Of a DNA stretch of 64,000 bases, positions 62,101 through 64,000 are shown piece after piece. Source of the stretch: Raillietiella orientalis. Lineage: Eukaryota. The stretch spans positions 1 to 64,000 of the forward strand of contig JAYWIR010000047.1 of NCBI GenBank assembly GCA_036172245.1, written 5' to 3'. The notes under the pieces were generated by a model. It searched no databases and was not told the DNA's origin. It was given only the letters and a program-made list of their open reading frames with translations. The position numbers and the translations under genes are program-made. Position 1 is the first letter of the stretch. Every line of letters starts with the position of its first letter.

Positions 62101-63988
62101 ATCCGTATTTGCTCCACCAGTCCCCGCTCTTGAACCTTTGGTACAAGCAAGACAACGAGTTCCTCACTCCGAAGTCTGTCCTTTTTCTGGAGATCAAGAG
62201 TCCCGTGTCCTTCGAGGACCCGAAGCACACCTGCATGCTCATTCTGTTCACGATGTTGTTGCAGGACTCTCTGAACGAGGACACGTTCGAGGCCGGCTTG
62301 GCGGGACTGGGCTACAACCTCAAAGCGACCAAGTACGGAATCACGGTCAGTGGGAGGGGACACGGGGATCCCGCCGGGACTGAAGAGGGAATTCCATAAC
62401 GCAAAACCGCCGCTGCAGATGACGCTGAGCGGATACAGTGACAAACAGGACACGCTGCTCTCTCAAATCCTGGAAGGGATGGTTGCCTTGCACGTCGACC
62501 CGAGTCGCCTGGAAGTCTTCCGGAGGCAGGTACTGTTGCAGCGGACGGGGTTGGTTCGGCCACTCGCGGCGCGCGCAGCTCGGCAGGAATCTGGCCAACT
62601 TCCTGTTGGAGCAGCCGTACGTGAAGAGCAGCTACTACATGAACGCTCTGCTGGTGGAGAAGGTGTGGACGACGGAAGAATTGCAGAGCTCGTTGGAAGG
62701 TGAGCGATCGGGGCCGCTCGCTAACGAACCTGCACGAACGCCCTGGCACCGCAGGAGTCACCGTCGAGGACATGCGTCAATTTCCTGCCCGCTTCTTCGC
62801 CGACGTCTTCCTCGAATGCTTCATCCACGGGAACGTCAACGAACAGGTCAAAGTCTGCTTTCGAAATTAGCTCCTCACTTTGTTCTGGGCGGTTCGTTTC
62901 CCACGCAGAGGGCGCAACAGGTCCTGCGATTAATCCAAAGCAGCTTCCGCGACAGCAAACCGATCCCGAAGGAGCAGATCACCCTTTACAGGGAGTACAT
63001 CATGCCCGAGAGTGAGTAGCTGAGCCGTGCAGGAAGCAGCGGTAACTCGGATGCAACCACCAACAGAGTCTTCTTACCTGTACACGCTGCCGTACGATGC
63101 TCACAAAATCCATGCCGTCGAAGCGTACTATCAGTACAGTCCCGAAGGCAACCCCAACCACGCTTTGATGCAGCTTTTTGCTCAGATCGTTCGAGAGCCC
63201 GCGTACAGCATCCTGCGCACCAAGGTGGGGCGGGCGCTGCGCTTGCTTGCCATCTTACTGACCATGTTCGTCGCCCCGCAGGAGCAGCTGGGTTACATCG
63301 TGCTCTCCTCCATCCGCAGAATGAACTGCGTGCAAGGGCTGCGCATCGCCATTCAATCGGACAAGGATGCGGCTTACCTGGACCAACGGATCGAGCACTT
63401 CTGGCGATGGTTCCAAGTAGGCTAGGAGGCGGTCCTCTTCGTCCACGGCTTCATTCTTTCCTCAAGGGGTACCTCCTCAACATGTCGGAGGGAGAGTTTG
63501 AAAATCACAAGGCCGCACTGCGGAAACTGCTGCTGAGGAAGCCCAAGAAGCTGGCCGAGAGGACCGGCAAGCTGTGGGCGGAAATCGCGAACCACGAGTA
63601 CAAGTTCAACCGCGACACCCTGGAAAGCGCCGACTTGGGCGTGTTGACCCGCGAGGACGTGCTGCTGTTTTACGAGGTAGCTGCCCCTCCCTTAGCTTCA
63701 CGCGCGTTCCCTCTTTCATCCTTAGAAATACGTGAGGAAAGGTTCGCGGTTCAGAAGGAAGCTGTCCGTCTACGTCATGCCGTCCGGACACAACGGGACG
63801 TCCGCGCGACCTCAGGACGGCGACGCTGTAAGCTGCCCTTTCCTCGCTCTTTTCGAAACGGGTGGGAACGTCCTTTTCAGCCGCATCGTATCGAGAGCAT
63901 CAAGGACTTCAAAAGCGACCTCAGCCTCTGTTCTTTGCCCAAGCCATTCTATCCCGCCGAACTCTTCAAAGTCCATCATTACGTGTAG
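59191..63988 (+). CDS. IDE: Insulin-degrading enzyme (M16A) paralog B, GC-rich, apparently intact multi-exon gene
   Basis: Spliceable through GT-AG introns without stops: [27 protein letters not shown] (HFCEH at 59563-59577), IGHEGKGSLLSEL, DPWYGTQY, WYKQDNEF, LRTKEQLGYIV, RRKLSVYV, ending FKVHHYV*. Exact start uncertain. Confidence 0.95.
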
Positions 63989-64000
63989 ACAAACCGATGC

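Noticed and set aside
1..64000. CRISPR arrays, rRNA/tRNA genes, telomeric arrays, prokaryotic operons
   Set aside because: None recognised; spliceosomal introns and LINEs indicate eukaryotic DNA.

Overview
Eukaryotic (invertebrate-like, mostly ~45-60 nt GT-AG introns) genomic window dominated by a rearranged cluster of insulin-degrading enzyme (IDE/insulysin, peptidase M16A) paralogs plus retroelements. 1-6446: two tandem Tx1/L1-clade non-LTR retrotransposons. In each, the 5' part (5'UTR-ORF1-APE) lies on the minus strand, joined at the same 5'-terminal motif to a plus-strand ORF2 segment (twin-priming-like 5' inversion). 6635-12847: AT-rich 17-exon IDE paralog A (minus strand, HFCEH intact, C-terminus cut short). 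59191-63988: GC-rich, apparently intact IDE paralog B (plus strand) with the same intron positions. 17260-24498 is an inverted duplicate of 51242-64000 in which about 6.7 kb, including the catalytic IDE-B exons, is replaced by a 1.2 kb piece carrying an IDE-A last exon. 20941-29248 is a ~8.3 kb palindrome with a fold-back junction. The remainder is GC-rich DNA with further Tx1 fragments and faint Harbinger, BEL/Pao, Gypsy and hAT remnants. All calls come from reading the sequence by eye; no database searches were run and identities or GC levels are visual estimates.
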